A DNA stretch of 50,541 nt. Source: Catajapyx aquilonaris (taxonomy: Eukaryota). The stretch lies in assembly GCA_000934665.2 (NCBI GenBank), contig KZ538730.1, forward strand, positions 1 through 50,541. Reading direction: 5' to 3'. Made by a program: the position numbers and the translations under genes. Under the pieces are notes generated by a model. It had not been told where the DNA came from and searched no databases. It saw nothing but the letters and a program-made list of their open reading frames with translations. Shown one piece after another: positions 36,601 to 48,600 of the stretch. Every line of letters starts with the position of its first letter. Within the stretch, counting starts at the first letter, position 1.

Positions 36601-39600
36601 TTCGTGGCAGGTATTGAGGTAGTATGAGACCTATAATGCAGGGATTAGCTAGACGTTTGTAGCCAATTTGGCTAGCATTTTTTTTTTCAAAATTAATTAT
36701 TGAAATATATGCTTGAAGAAGTGGTCAACAATGATTCTTTTTCTTCCATCCAGTTTGGTCTTCCGTATGGTTGAGGCTGAAGAAGAGTATGTGGAACAGC
36801 TGGAGACATTGGTGTCCTGCTTCCTTCGACCATTCAAGATGGCAGCCAGTTCCAAGAAGCCAGTCTGCACCCACGATGATGTCAACTCCATCTTCCTCAA
36901 CAGTGAAACTGTGCTCTTCCTTCACCAGATCTTCCTTAAGGGACTCACAGCCCGGATGGAAAGCTGGCCCACCCTGGTCCTTGGTGAGTTAGTTTCAATC
37001 ATAGATGGCGTATCCTCCCTCTCTGCACACTTATGCCACTCTCAGGATTGTATTGCCTATTCAGTTCGCAATCGGACGAACGGCCCTTAAAAATGAACAT
37101 ACGAGGGGTACACACACTATGTGATGACTCACCCCGGACAGAGGCAATTAATATTACAGTAGAACTGTTTTAAATGCCTTCTTCGGTAGTAGTGTCTGTT
37201 GGTCAGCAGGATTCAACAGGAGATGTTCCCCGATCTTTCCCAGGAGACCTTTTCGACATGTTGCTGCCTATGCTGAGTATATATCAGGAGTACGTCCGCA
37301 ATCATCACTACAGTCTCCAGGTGTTGACCGAGTGTAAGCAGAACCAGCAGTTCGCAGGGTTGCTCTCCAGACTGGAGAACAAGCCCAGTTGCCAAGGGAG
37401 GACTCTGGAGACGTTTCTCATCTATCCGATGCACCAGGTACGTCTTGGAGTCATTGTTAAGGCGCCATATTGAGAAATCAGTTTTTGGTCCTATAGTGAT
37501 GTTTCTGACATAAAAATTATTATGATTAATGAAGAAAAAATTAAATTTTCAGACATATGTTGTTACTGCTTTGACGCTGTTGTACAGTACAGTGAAGTAC
37601 ACATTCCTGTTAATATTGATAGGCACGTGTATAAGTACAGCATTTGACATTTTCAGCCACAACCAATTAACATCAAAAGCTATTTACAGTATAACTTGAT
37701 GAAATTTAGACCGTCGCTGTCTCTCATACGTTCCTGACGCGCCAACCGCTTCCGATTTCCACACTTCTACAACGCTACCCATTCTTTTCATCTTGTCTCC
37801 TACAGATTCCAAGGTACATAATCACCCTTCATGAGCTCCTGGCGCACACCCCGTACAACCACGTGGAGCGCAAGTCACTGGAAACGGCAAGGAAGCAGCT
37901 GGAGGAGCTCTCCAGACAAATGCACGACGAGGTGGGAGAACCGGACGAATACTTCGCTCCTACTCTTGCTAACCTAAGTCCCATCTCCTCACCAACCAAG
38001 TCACCAACACAATCGCAAAGTTCGATTAACGACTAAGAGAGAAAAGTCCATGTGTCACCAAAGAGTGTCACGAGATGTCTCTGTTCGTTTGAGCGAAGCG
38101 AGTGCCATCTGTTAGCTGAGTTTGTTATCCCGGCGGCTTATATATTCCAGAAAAATGCCACTTAGGAGTTTTAGATAGCAATAAATTTACGCCTTAGCCA
38201 AAACCTGCTTGTTATAGTTGTTAATTAATGTTGTAGTGACTGTGCAGTGTGGTCTGCTGCCGAATTAATTAAGGGTTTTAAAAGCTGCGTTTTAATGATT
38301 TAAAGGGACACTCCACTCAAAAAACAAGATTGTCTCTAAAAATCGGGCGAAAAATCCTGAATCCGACGGTGCAATCCGTTTTTCGCTACTCGGAAGGGTA
38401 ATCCCAGGGCGAGGGGTCAAAGTGTGTCGTCTGCTAATGAGCGGCGCCGCCACGCGGGGAACAGGGGAACTGGAGGGCTGCACCGCTCTGGGATTGGCCT
38501 AAGCGAGCGGACAGGCGGGAGCAGCCCTCCAGTTCCCAAGGTCCCGAGAGCGTCGCTGGCGGACGGCTAGCGTCTAGCGCACTATTTGAATTTCCCCATT
38601 TTGACCCCTCGCCCTGGGATTACCGTTCCGCGTAGCAAAAACGGATTGTACCTTCGGATTCAGGATGCTTTGCCCGATTTTTAGAGACAAACTTGTTTTT
38701 TTGAGTAGAGTGTCCCTTTAATGATAAATAATGATTAACACACCTTCTGGTAACCAGTTGTAAAAATTATTTACAGAATTACTATATGCTGAAAAACTAT
38801 CTGAGCCTAAACTAAAACATTGGAATTTATTGATGACATCTGGTAATTAAAATTAAATTTTTAGCAACATTAGTTCACCCTCTATATTATGGTGCGGATC
38901 TGCCTGCATTAATTGGGCTTAATTAGTATTTAAGCAAACCTTGCTGAAGCAGTGTTGACAAGACGTTTTAGACTGAGATTAGTTGTCGTGCCCTCCAGTA
39001 CAATACAAAACTTAGAGTGTCAAACATTGTTGTATTTGCCAATTCATCGTGATAGAACCTTGAGCTGTAATTAGCTCTTTTTTCTATACATTTCCCTCCT
39101 ACTATGCACGAACTTTTGCACTATTCTCCAGTAATAAATAGTTCTAAGCAATAGAAGAAAAAAAATGTTCTCGGGAAAAGCAAATATCCAAAATTTGACT
39201 GCGATTTTTTTTTATGTATATTCTTCCACTTATTCTGAAACAGTATTACTTTTTTACCAAATGGTAAAATTTTGGGCATGGTTTTTCTCGACTAACTTTG
39301 CATTTTAAAAAAAAGACTTGATTAGAATTAGAGGAGTTGAATATATTTACAATTTTATTTTGTGATTGCCTTCATGTAGTTTGTCGAATGGATTTTCTTT
39401 AATTTTAAAGTTTAGAGTGTTAAGAGTGTAAATTTGAGGTAATTGTGGCAATGTAGTGTTAAGTTACTTCATTTTTTTTTTGGTAAACAAAAATTTCCGG
39501 GTTTTTTAATTTGACCCGAATTAATACCACTCACTCTGTAATATCACCACGTAAAGCCATACCCTTTGATCTATTATTCATAGTGCGGCTTTCCATTACA

Positions 39601-42600
39601 TTTGCCTCGAGTGCTTCATTTTCTCTCTATCTTTACCCAGTGTCCTATCATTATAATAAGCAGAAAAAAGGTTGTAAGTGTAACAATAGTGTAATAAAAA
39701 AATATACAAAATGTTAGGAAAATATATGTGGAAGTCGAAAATAAAAAAAAGCATGCGTTTTAGTTTCATCCGACTATCCAAACTATAGCAGGTTTTTACA
39801 GACAAAAATAGTTTTTTTATTAAAATAGTAAAAAAAGCTAACGCTTCCTATAATAAAAAGAACGCAACTAAAAAGACTTGAATCGCGGCCACTAGATGGA
39901 GTTGTAATCCGATCGATTTGAGGGCTTCATGTGCTTAGTAATAGATGGCACACTTTGCGAGATGTGTTATAGGGATGGAGGGGGAAAAAAAGAGCTATTT
40001 TTAAAAATAAAAATAGCTAATACTGTAATTGGATTCGCTCATTATGCGCTGGAATATTGATTGTTAACATTTTTTAAACCTTATTTTAAAGGTGAGCGAG
40101 ACGGAAAACCTGAGGAAGAATCTGGCTATCGAGAGGATGATTGTTGAAGGATGCGATATATTGTTGGATGTACATCAGGTGTTTGTGCGGCAAGGTGAGC
40201 ATAAATTTTGTTGTTATTTATAATATTAAGAAAAGTTTCAAACCATATTCAGTCGACTGGTCTTTAAAATAAAAATTTTTGAACAATAATTGTTCAAAAA
40301 ATTTATTTTAAAGACCAGTTTATAATATAAAAAAGTTTTCAACATATTCAGACAACTGGTCTTGAAATTAAAATTTTTCCATGCCAATTTGAACTTGGCA
40401 ACAGTTAATTTTGCGTTAGGTTCACAGGAGCTCTGTTGGGAAAATTGTGCGATGTACTGTAATATCAAAGTGCAAATTATGAGTGCGAAGTGAGCAAACA
40501 ATATGCATATCCTCATTAAAATTTCATGGCCAATGTATAATGTATAATCATGTAGGCGTAAAAGTGGCGCGGATCTGGACCAAAAATGGCGTCCAAGAGT
40601 GAAAAATGTATACAATCTTTAATTGTAATTTTTGATAACACGCAGAAATTCAATTGTAACTGGTCCAAGTTCTTACTGAAAAACTTCATTGTGAACACTC
40701 ACTACTTTTCGTAATAGATCATAACTATTAGTGGGCTTTCAATAACCTAGCTAAAGAAAAGATTTAGAAAGAATTCATTTCATAACCAAAAATAAATATT
40801 TTTGGTTAAGAGGCTAATAATTGGACCAAAAATACAAAATAATGAGCTCCAGATATTAAGAATAGCAGTATTATTAATAACCTTGCTATTATTAGACAGA
40901 AATATGAGTATGCCACGAACCAGAGTATTTTTGGCACATCCCGTATTACATGTCTATTCTGCTGACCAATTTTGTATATATGTTTTTTGCAATTTTTCAT
41001 ATGCACGTGACAAGTGTTGACACCTGTTAGTCCAACCAAGTTACCCATAACGACACTTGAGGTCCGTTGCTTCCACAACCCCCCCCCCCTCCCAACATTT
41101 TGCTAAAACCTTCCATAGTATTGATCTCCAGACCTTTACACCACCACCCCTATAGTACGAAGCTCGTATATTTCTGCAAGCAGATGCTAGATGTAGTTGC
41201 AAACCCACCTCCCCTAGAGGTAATAACCAAAGGTTCCTGCAGGATAGGTATTCAATGATATCTACCTGCAAGTGGTGGAAAAAGGTGGTGAGCAGAGACA
41301 TAGAGAGAGGGGCAGGGTGTGTGGAAAATAGAGAGGATCCATCTTGGATTGTCTAGGAATAGTGTTCAACAAGTTGGTCCACTAGGCCTAGCTATAGATT
41401 AATGTGCGAGTTTGTTATATTAACATTTTAAAACTGTCTTTTATTTCCCAGGGAGTTTGATCCAGATATTGCCTGAGAAGCCGAGGTCACAGTTCAGTCG
41501 ATTGGGAAACTTCAAGAGTGAGGCTTCAAAGGAGGCTGTCAGACAGTGCTTTCTGTTCAGCAATCATCTGATTCTTGCTACCAGGTAAGGTCATTGAGTG
41601 TGATGGAAGTGTCATAGGTTGTATCAGCAGCAAAATATGTACATAAAAATGTACAAAATTATTTTTCACTATTTCTGCAATCAAAACCAGGCTATCAAAA
41701 TTGTGATAATTCCAACCTTAAATTCATATTTCCAATATATGGCACATTTTCACCTCAGGTCCACCTCCTGTTGGGCAAGGTCACCTATACATATATGAAT
41801 TTCCTGTTTTCTGAAGGATTCGTATTCGTTTTGATAATGACCTACTACGTGGACTTATAAGCTCTAAGGTCACATCATTTTGCTTGACATTTCCTGGAAT
41901 ACAGGTCAAAAAAAGGTAAGGTAATCCCAAGTCAAGGCCGCACGTGTCATACAGTGCTGTAAATGCAAGGATTTATTAAATTTATATACCTCATCAATGC
42001 AAGATGATACTGTAAGTCTTCTTTTTGAAAAGGCGAGTACCCAACTTCATTCAATCCATTAAAACCCAGTGCAGTAAATCAGTTGAGATGTTTACCTCGT
42101 TACTTGCTAATACCTGAGTCTATGAAATTGTATGGTATTAGACCAGTTATGAGTTGCCACGTGTAATCACCTGACTTCGCATGGTGATTTATAAATAAAA
42201 TGAAATAGGCCACAATAGCCATAGATGAGACACTAAACATTTTCAAAAACCATAAATTTTGAGTTTTTAAAATCAAAAAGTGCGGTTTTCGAATTTTGTC
42301 ATTGAATCAACGGTATGTAAGACGTCAGTGTGCAAAGTTTCAGCACTCTGTAACACATATGCCAATCACTGTCTACAAATGAACCTAACCTACCCAACAT
42401 CAGTTTCGCGCATGTTTACCATACTTCCTACTGTTTCCACCTGTTGACGTCCACCAATTGTAATGATCATTATTTCCAGGACCACCGCGGGTCGCCTTCA
42501 CCTGGTGCCCAACATCGGTAAAGTCCCATTGGCTGATGCCACCTTGATTGAAGACCCTGGAGAGCATTATGTGAACAACGAGGAGGATGGGGACTCTTCC

Positions 42601-45600
42601 GGTTGCTCCTCTTCCAGCCAATCCAGCGACGCGGCTCAGCAAGGAGGAAGTGGAGGAGCAGGTGGGGCCTCCTCTTCCTCTGCAGCTGGGGCAGGTGGTG
42701 GAGTATCCACTGGGGGTATCTCCATCTCCTGTCTGCCCAATCTGCAGTTCAAGATTATAGTTGACCTCAAGAGTGGAAGCAGTCCGGTCACTGTGTGTCT
42801 GGTTGCCACATCTGCTCAGGAGAAAGCGGCTTGGATCTCAGATATTAGCCAAGTATGTGACTAGATTTAATTTATGTTCGATCTCACCCCATATGGCACG
42901 ATCTCATCCCACCTGGCACGATCATACCCCACCTGGCAGTCTGGCACAATCATACCCCATCTAGTACAATATCACCCCGTCAGGTACAATCTCACCCCAC
43001 CTAGTACGATCTGACCCCCACCAAATACAGTATTCGTCATATATCGAGGCAACTGCCAGCGACATTTTTCGAAGCGGCAGAAGAAGGAATCGAAGATAAG
43101 CATATACTTACAAGCCGGGCGAGCAACATTCCTTCTTCTGCCGCTTCGGAAAATGTCGCTGGCGGTTGCCTCTATATATGACCAATACTGTACGATCTGA
43201 CCCCCACCTGGCACCATCTCTACTCATCTGGCACGATCTCTACTCATCTGGCACGATCTCTACCCATCTGGCACAATCTCACCCCATCTGGCACAATCTC
43301 ACCCGACCATAATCTCTACCCACCTGGCACAATTTCACCCCATATCGTACAATCTCACCCCACCTGGCACGATCTGACCCAGTGGCGGATTTANNNNNNN
43401 NNNNNNNNNNNNNNNNNNNNNNNNNNNNNNNNNNNNNNNNNNNNNNGGAAATCCTCTAGGAAAAATTTTCTAGAACAGTGCAAAATTGCACTGTTCTATG
43501 GGTTATTTTCCGTTTTGCCCCAAATTTGGGCTCGAGAGTAAGGGTTGTGACCTTGAAGCGAAAAAATTTCGCCTGCGGCGGGCCCTCCACGTTCCCCACC
43601 CATACCCTTGTGCCCCCCCAGAAAATCTCACCCCACCTAGTACAATCTCACCCCACCTGGTACAATCTCATCCGACTTGTCACAATCTCACCCCACCGCA
43701 ATATCTCACCCCCAGTGTACGGTATTTTTACGAGCGCAATCGAGTGCGCATCACAGTTAGGGCAGGGTTCACGGTTGGAATTAGTGATAGTTGATAAGTT
43801 AATAAGCTCTGCACTTATTTCCAACGCTAAGCTAAGAGAGAAAAATGGCCGACGTTGCCACAACTTCGGAGCTGCGTGAGTGTGAGTGCGCACTCGGTTG
43901 AGCTCGTACAGTACACTACCAAAAAAAATCGTCTACAGTAGTTAATCACGTAAAATTAGCGTCAGACAATACCGGTATGTCATATTCCAATGAAAAAAAA
44001 TTTGCATTGTCTTCCAAGTAGGCCTACTGTACTCAGTCATTGTTTGACATTCGTGATTGTTAGAACACATCATTAGCTATCAAATTCTTAGTAACAACTT
44101 CCTCCTTTTCGATGACATTGACATTCTGAATGCAACCCAATTAGGAAACTGGAATTACTGCTAGATTGCCAATTTAATGCAGTCCACTTTGTACTTCCCC
44201 CGACAACAATTAAGTTTTTCCCGATGCGGTTCCGACTAGAGAGTACCTTGACATTATTCTGAGGCAACAAACATCATTAAGATGTTGACTCGGCAGGATA
44301 TGATTTCAGGAAGTCGCTATTGCGCAGCGACAAAACTTGTTAGTACTGTACTATAACGCGCAAAAAGATTGTCTCACTGGGTATCCGTGTGGTGTGGTGG
44401 CAGTGCGACAATATCTTTTTGATTGTTATAGTACAGTACACCTACAGGATAAGTATTTTGTATCTGCAGTGCATGGACAACGTGCACTTCAACGACCTGC
44501 TGCACAGCTCCATGTCGGACACCTCGTCCGTTGCGATGCCTCAGTCCATCAGGAACGATCCACGTTTGTTCAAGGACGACGTGGACATCCGATTCAGCCG
44601 GACGCTGAACTCGTGCAAGGTACCGCAGATCAGGTACGCCACACCGGAGAGGCTACTAGAGAGGCTGACCGACTTGAGGTTCCTGTCCATCGACTTCCTC
44701 AACACCTTCCTGCTGACATACCGGGTCTTCACGGACGGAGTCACCGTACTGGAGGCGCTCAAGAAGGTCTTCTACAGCGCGGATCCCATAGATGCTTCGT
44801 GTGAACCTCGCTTCTCTGTGGTGTACGTACTACTGGTCTTGTTCCGTACCGTATTGTACACTGTTATTCATGTACCGACTTGGAGGTGGTACTTTGTGAT
44901 CAATAAATACCGTCTACAAGACAGTGCTGTAGTGTAGAAGATATTGACATCCATGTCGGTACTAATTCCAAGTCAGTACATCTGAACGATGTGCCATCTA
45001 CAAGTCAGTAGTGTTGGCGGCATTTCACGTCCAAGTGGGTACATCGTGATGTATGGTACCATTTTCAAGTCAGTACATCTGAGCGATGTTCCGTCTACAT
45101 GTCAGTACTGTAGATGGCATTTGACGTCCAAGTCGGTACATGAATCGGTACATTGTGATGTACTTATTCCAAGTCAGTACATCTGAACGATGTGCCAGCA
45201 ACAAGTCAGTACTGTAGACGATATTGACTTCCAAGTCGGTACTATTTTCAAGTCAGTACATCTGAACGATGTGCCGTCTGCAAGTCAGTACCGTAGATGG
45301 CATTTGACGTCCAAGTCGGTACATGAATCGGTACATCGTGATGTACTAATTCCAAGTCAGTAGCCTACTTCTGAACGATGTGCTGTCTACAAGTCGGTAC
45401 TGTATACGGTATTTGTTGAAACTACCACAACCAAGTCGAATAATTTATTACAGTGTACGGTCTTATTGTTTGTTGTAGGTCATTGGATGGTATTACACGA
45501 GATGAGGTGGGTGCTTCGTACCTGGACATTGACCGAAGACGTAGCTTCTCACCACGGAGGATCAGCACTGCCAGTTCAGTGTCCGGTTATGGGACAGAGA

Positions 45601-48600
45601 GCGAGAGGGACAGGAGCCAAAGCATAGATTCACAGATCTATACGGCTAGAGTCCAGCAGCATTGGCGATGGAGCTTCAGGAAGTGTATGTTGACCGGTGC
45701 ATTGTTAGGGTCAGAATTACAGTGGTGTACCTTTCAGTTGAGGAGGAGCATCGTGAGTCAGGGTTGCAGCAGATAAGGGAGACTCCGAAAGTGGCTACCA
45801 TCGGAGAGGTCAGCCCCACGCTGCCCTCCAAACCCTCCCTGGTGACCCCAGCCCCCTCCGGTTCCTCTCCTGTGGTGTCCAACTCTCCCAGGAAGAGCGT
45901 GACCCTCAAGGTCGATCCGCCTCACCAGGAGATCCTTCCTGACCACCACCATCTGGCCCTTCCAAGGAACAACAACATCGCTCCGTCTGGTAGCAACGAC
46001 ACCCTGACCGACAACAACAGCAGCGCTCCTTCATCGCCTCCGACAGTCATCAACACCAGCACCCACACCAGCACCAACACACTGGTCGGGTCGGAGCAAA
46101 GTCCTCAGAAGCAGCAGCACCAAGCTCAGGTCAGAGGTCAAACAGTCACAGTGATTAGCAAAAATGCCGTAACTGCATATATCCGATAGTGTCTGGCAGA
46201 CACGGCTTTTTTGCTAAGCAGAACACCCAAACATATCGATACATCGATACATCACGATATATATCGATGCACCGTGAAATAAAAATATCGTTACATTGTA
46301 GGCGGAAATATCGATACTTTGTAGGCGGAAATATCGATACATTTTAGGAGGAAATATCGATACATTGTAGGAACAAATATCGATCCATTGTAGGAATATG
46401 TAGGGATACATTGTGAGAGAAAATATCGATAAGTTTGAGTGGAAATCTCGATACATTATATGATGAAATATTGATACATTGTGATAGAAAATATCGATAT
46501 ATACGAGAAGAAAATGTCGATACATTTTAGAACAAAATGTCGATACATTTTAGAACAAAATGTCGATACATTTTAGAACAAAATGTCGATACATTTTAGA
46601 ACAAAATGTCGATACATTTTAGAACAAAATATCTATATATTTGAGAAGAAAATATCGATACATTTTGTAACAAAATATTGATCAATTGTGAGAAAAACTA
46701 TCGATACATTTTAGAACAAAATATCGATACATTTTAAAACAAAATATCGATACATTTTAGAACAAAATATTGATCCATTGTGAGAAAAATTATCTATACA
46801 TTTTAGAACAAAATATCGATACATTTTAGAACAAAATATTGATCCATTGTGAGAAAAATTATCTATACATTTTAGAACAAAATATCGATACATTTTAGAA
46901 CAAAATATTGATCCATTGTGAGAAAAATTATCGATACATTGTAGAAGGAAATATCGATACAATGTGAGAGGAAATATTCCTACAGTATGAGAGGAAATAT
47001 CGATACATTGTGAAGAAAAATGAAACCTGAAGCTCGAATTAGCTTCTATACCTTACGAGTCGTGAAGATGAGGCGATTTTGAAATCCAGGACTGCTTGAA
47101 GTCCTTGAAGATCACTTCGAACTCCGATGCTTCCACGCAGAAGACCTACAATGGTTTAATTTTAATGGATTCTAGGAAAACACATTATTTCTCTATACGT
47201 CTATAGTCTATAGTTACCCTCTTTTTAGCTCATACAAAAGGGCCATATCAGCTTTCCTTGAGGATGGAGCAATTCTTGGAAAGTTTCGCAGGAGATGACG
47301 TGTTGATGGCCAAGTAGATACAATAACGCGAACTCAAATTATTCGGAGAAAGAAGTTCGTTAATGGATCAGTAGAATTAGCAGGACGAGGTTTTCTACGA
47401 AGCACTTTCAGGCATTCTCCTGTTGTTGTAGAACTAATAGGCTGATATCATATGTAATGACCTTTTACAAACAGGTCCATCTGGAGCCTCAACCTTCGAC
47501 CAGCTGGGATCATCATCATGGAGAACGTCGCGAGGAGGTCCTAGAGACATCGTCGCCTGAGGAACATGCAGCCGAAGTCGCGTTGTCTCATCTTGTCCTT
47601 CCGGATCAGAGTCCGAAGAGTAGTGACGAAGGAGGAGTGGTCGGAGGAGGGATCAGGAAGGGTCGGAAGAAGGGTAAGAAGCTGCTGACCGCCCAGAGGT
47701 CAGAGAGTGTGACCTCTGCGTCTGACCTGGAGTCTGATGAACCGCCGGACACTCCTGTTGAGAAGACACCAGCGTCGTCTCGATCTGCGTCCATCGCCAC
47801 CACTTGCCTCTCCGGGGTTCCAGGGTACTACTCGTGTCGGAGGGCAGGGAAGAGGTACAGCACTGACACCGAGGGGTCAGGGTTGGGCACCTCGCCCAGA
47901 CCCAGCTTCCAGCATCCGGATTCGCCCCAGCATTCAAGCAGGGCAGGGGTCGTGGTCACCTCATCTAGGCAGTCACAGAGGAGGTCAGTCTGCGGTTCAC
48001 CCCTTGACTGCGGGGGAATGACCTTTGATCTGATTTAACAGTTGAAATATTTTATGTAGAATCGACATTTGACCTTGATTGACATTTGACTGAGTATATG
48101 CCGGATCGACCTTTGACCCTGCTTGCTATAACCAAATGGCCATCAACTCAACAAGGCTTGAAAAGTGATCTTGACTGACTTTAACCTAGCCTGCAGAGAA
48201 TTGGCCTTTGACCTGGCTCGACATGTGACATTGATTTGCCTTTGACCTAGGTTGTAACGGATTGACCTTTGATCCGGCATGCTACAGCCAGATAGCCATA
48301 GTTGCTTAGGCTACTTCCTAATCAACTCAACCTGGATTGACAACCTTGATTGACATTTGACCTGGCTTGACAGTAGATCAAGATGGACCTATGACCCGAC
48401 TTGCTATAGCCAGATAGCCATAGTTGATTTGGATCCTTCCTCATCAACTCAACCTGGCTTGACAGTTGACCTTGATTGACCTTTGACCTATCCTGCATAT
48501 GATTGAAATTTGACCTTCTTTTACAGAAGTAGCTGTGCTTCAGCAGCCGCCGCTTTCGCCATTGCCACTGCCGCTTCAAGCAACCCTCGTGACCTGAGCC

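Larger units (their letters stand above)
42878..43715 (+). repeat. 20-bp minisatellite CACCCCACCTGGCACAATCT, interrupted by a MITE, a second insertion and an assembly gap
   Basis: Units at 42878-43025, 43191-43380 and 43622-43715. Confidence 0.88.

Noticed and set aside
43380..43625. Insertion starting CAGTGGCGGATT inside the 20-bp minisatellite
   Set aside because: Interrupted by an N gap with no matching right terminus, so it cannot be classified.
46214..46962. Repetitive minus-strand ORFs (MYRYF...)
   Set aside because: Translations of the 23-bp minisatellite.
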